DNA from: Macrostomum lignano
Lineage: Eukaryota
Direction of reading: 5' to 3'
Length of the DNA: 62,266 nt
Assembly (NCBI GenBank): GCA_002269645.1
Contig: NIVC01001251.1
Coordinates: 1-62,266 of the forward strand
Within the stretch, counting starts at the first letter, position 1. Every line of letters begins with the position of its first letter. This document shows, one piece after another, positions 58,807-62,266 of this stretch. The translations under genes and the position numbers were made by a program. The notes below the pieces were generated by a model. That model worked only from the letters and a program-made list of their open reading frames with translations. It had not been told where the DNA came from and made no database searches.

Positions 58807-59427
58807 CTCCCTGAGCTCATCTGACTTCTGGACACCAAGCTCAGGGCTTCCATCATCAGGGAATCGTTGAGATTCTCAGTCCCATAGCTATTGTCTGTAT
58901 CCAAGAGACATCGGTTGGCATAAGCCTGCGTATTCTGGGGCTTCCAGGCTGGCATCCCAGCTGGCCAATCCCGGAGCTTGGCCTTGTCTCTATATTTATT
59001 GCCAACCCCCATCTCCGCTGGGATTTGATCCCCTCACTGGCTTTATGCATGTGTGTAGGTATATACATCAAGAGAAGCTGTTTTTGGGAGAGCTCTAAAA
59101 ACGAAAGAGAAAAATTGCGCAATCCTGCAAGTTGCACAACTCGTGGCGAAGCGATTGGAGATCAATACAGACAGTAAGCGAACTTCTCTGTTGATGCGCT
59201 GACGCTCGGGGTGGGGATCTGCAAGGGAGTGCTTGGGGAGGACTGATGGGGCCTACAGATCGCTTCGATGAGCCTTGGCCGGCGCGGCGATGCAGTGCTT
59301 GACAGCATCGTCTTCAACCTGCTGATCGTGCAAGTCCGTCAACAGTTTAGTCTTAGCGTTCTGCAGCAGGACTGTCTTGACCACAGACCACAAACTGCTT
59401 AACAAAAATCTCAGTCACGATGTCGCC

Positions 59428-59806
59428 CATGGATGAATGAATAGAATGGATTGCTATTCTGGCTCTGGCTATTTTCGTTTTTGACTCTTTTGCATCCAGT
59501 TCCCCCCCGTGCCTTTTCATTGGTTGATGATTGCCACAGACAATTTTCGGCCTTTGCCCCTTTCTTTCGATGCACAAGCGCTTTCTTGTTAGTAAATAGA
59601 AGTTACTTGTGTTGAAATTGAACTTTGTTGAAATTCTCAGTTCTTTGCGCTTGTGCATCGAAAGAAAGGGGCGAAGGCCGAAAATTGTCTATGGCAATCA
59701 TCAACCAATGAAAAGGCACGGGGGAAACCGGATGCAAAAGAGTCAAAAACGAAAATAGCCAGAGCCAGAATAGCAATCCATTCTACGAGCTATTCATTCA
59801 TCCATG
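59428..59806. mobile_element. 379-bp palindromic MITE with 17-bp perfect TIR (CATGGATGAATGAATAG) and 8-bp TSD (ATGTCGCC), probably P superfamily (hAT possible)
   Basis: TSD at 59420-59427 and 59807-59814. Arms 59428-59582 and 59647-59806 are near-perfect inverted repeats. Confidence 0.88.
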
Positions 59807-60216
59807 ATGTCGCCGGGCACCTTCAGTACGACTGCCTTCCGCGCGTTGACCACAGACTCGAAACTGTCCAGCTGTCCTGGGGTCCTAGGGTGCTTTTGAC
59901 AGCTGAAGACGGAAGACCTTGTCCTGCATTTTAAAGTGCACAATAATGGGATACTCGAAATTTTCTAAATGGAAATTTAATTAATTCCATCATCAGAAAC
60001 TGCGGATTAGCTAACTTAAGCTCGCTGCACAGCCAGTCTTTTGCTTAGTCCTTGTCGATTAATAGGTCTCTGTTTAAGGCAGTGTGGCCGGCTTGCTTCT
60101 GTAATAAAACCGCTGGTGCGTCTCATTATAGCTGATAAAGGCATCACTTCCTCATCAGCTTGGTCATCAGCTGCTGACTAATCAGCTGTGCAGTGCGTGC
60201 AGGCTTCTCGGCCTAT

Positions 60217-60543
<327 letters not shown>

Positions 60544-61656
60544 GTTTTCACGGAAGTTCAAAACCCGCTTGAAAATCTACTTCCGTTGCCTGCTCCTTTC
60601 TCTCTAATTACTAGGGACCCAGCCTCAGCCAGCTCTTTGGTATACCTGAGCACCTTGCAGCGCCGCTTCCTTCATATTCGAACAGCCATCAGCTGAGGAG
60701 AAGCGAGCAATATCCCTCCTGTCTTCCCCCTTCTTTCTCTCCATCTCCCGCTTTTGCGCACCCACCCTCTCGGGCTCTTGAGAATTTCTCTGTTCTTCCG
60801 CCAATTCTCAATTCTGCGCCGTCCCAACCCCCCCCCCACCCGCGCCACTCGGATTTCATGCGAGCGAGGTGGGTCTGCAGCTGCCTGGGGCACAGAGAGG
60901 TTATAGAAGTGTGCGAGGGGCAGAGCGAGGGGCAGAGCATTGAATGTGTAGTTTTCCTTCAAAGCTTTCGCCAGCCAGCCTGAGCTGGAAGGATGATGGT
61001 TCAACGATGTTGGCAGGAAGCTGCTGCAGACCGGCTTCCCTCTTGAGTGCTCACACTCGCGCAGCAGCAGCAGCAGCAGTCTCTCTCAGTCTCCATCTTT
61101 CGTATTCTGCTGACGCTCTCCGGGTCTGGCAAAATCTGAATGCCAAGGAGTTTTGCTCGCATTTTCATATCGCTCCGCAGCTCCCAACTGCCGAAAAAAT
61201 GGCTGCAGACAGGGGGGATCAGCTAGGATTAGGGAGGTGGGTGAGGGGTAGATGAAGGATAAAAATTAAACGAAGGAATCCCCACGCAGGCCATGCACCC
61301 CCCACCAGCTTCTCCTCTGTGACGAAACTGAGGATTTTTGCCATGCCGCCAGTTTTAGTGTCCCAGATCTTCGGCTGTTCGTTAATTCTGTCGGGGATAT
61401 CGGATAAATTTTATGCCTCTAGCTGTTTGTGTGTGTTTATTCCTAACTGGGTGCTGGATGCGTTCCTCCTAGCCTCCCTGTGGCACATATGCCCAGGGCC
61501 ACAGCCGTGAAATTGTCAACCGGGAGAAGAACAGCACATTTAAATTGGCGCCAATTCAAGCGGAAGCTGGCTGGCTGGCGGAGAAGCTTTGATCAGGTGC
61601 GCTGCTCGAGAGAGGAGGGTACCGTTTTGACTCCTCGTCAGGATGGGTTTCTTGGG

Positions 61657-62177
61657 CTTGGGGAATTCTCCATTGACTGTCAGGATGCAGGGGGTCTCTT
61701 TAGCTTGGGGAATTCCTCATTGACTGTCAGGATGCAGGGGGGTTCTTAGGCTTGGGGAATTCCTCATTGACTGTCAGGATGCAGGGGATTTCTTAGGCTT
61801 GGGGAATTCCTCACTGACTGTCAGGATGCAGGGGGTTTCTTAGGCTTGGGGAATTCCTCATTGACTGTCAGGATGCAGGGGCTTCTTAGGCTTGGGGAAT
61901 TCCTCATTGACTGTCAGGATGCAGGGGCTTCTTAGGCTTGGGAATTCCTCATTGACTGTCAGGATGCAGGGGTTTCTTAGGCTTGGGGAATTCCTCATTG
62001 ACTGTCAGAGTGCAGGGGTTTCTTAGGCTTGGGGAATTCCTCATTGACTGTCAGGATGCAGGGGGGTTCTTAGGCTTGGGGAATTCCTCATTGACTGTCA
62101 GAGTGCAGGGGGTTTCTTAGGCTTGGGGAATTCCTCATTGACTGTCAGGATGCAGGGGGGTTCTTAGGCTTGGGGAA
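61657..62177. repeat. About 45-bp minisatellite (TTGGGGAATTCCTCATTGACTGTCAGGATGCAGGGGGTTCTTAGGC), about 11-12 copies
   Basis: Visible. Confidence 0.95.
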
Positions 62178-62266
62178 CTGTTATTGAATGGAATATTCAT
62201 GAATGGGGAATTCTCCATTACTTTAATTTGTAATTCATACTTCTTCCTTACTCTTCCAGAAACTGG

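Overview
Eukaryotic (animal) genomic DNA with GC-rich exons and introns or intergenic spaces packed with many unrelated minisatellite arrays. The style is strongly reminiscent of the flatworm Macrostomum lignano; this is an inference, not a database match. I reconstructed four + strand protein genes by hand, checking splice phase: (1) a 4-exon p24/TMED-like GOLD-domain membrane protein (1891-3519) with a probable GC-AG intron; (2) a 6-exon whirlin/harmonin-like HHD + Pro-rich + PDZ scaffold (6159-11808) with two 1-nt frameshifts in C-runs; (3) an intronless Rdx-family (SelW/MIEN1-like) ORF lacking the CxxC motif (14052-14408); (4) a complete 20-exon RasGRF gene (24973-45469, 1555 aa; PH-CC-IQ-DH-PH-REM-CDC25). 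Also present: tRNA-Val(CAC), a deleted mariner, two inverted copies of a hAT-like non-autonomous element carrying GA/TC arrays, a foldback element, a tRNA-headed CORE-SINE plus a 3' fragment, a 379-bp hairpin MITE with 8-bp TSD, and about 35 tandem arrays. Most long ORFs in the track are repeat artefacts. The most striking structure is RasGRF intron 1, whose two ends are mirror-image complementary minisatellite arms next to the splice sites.
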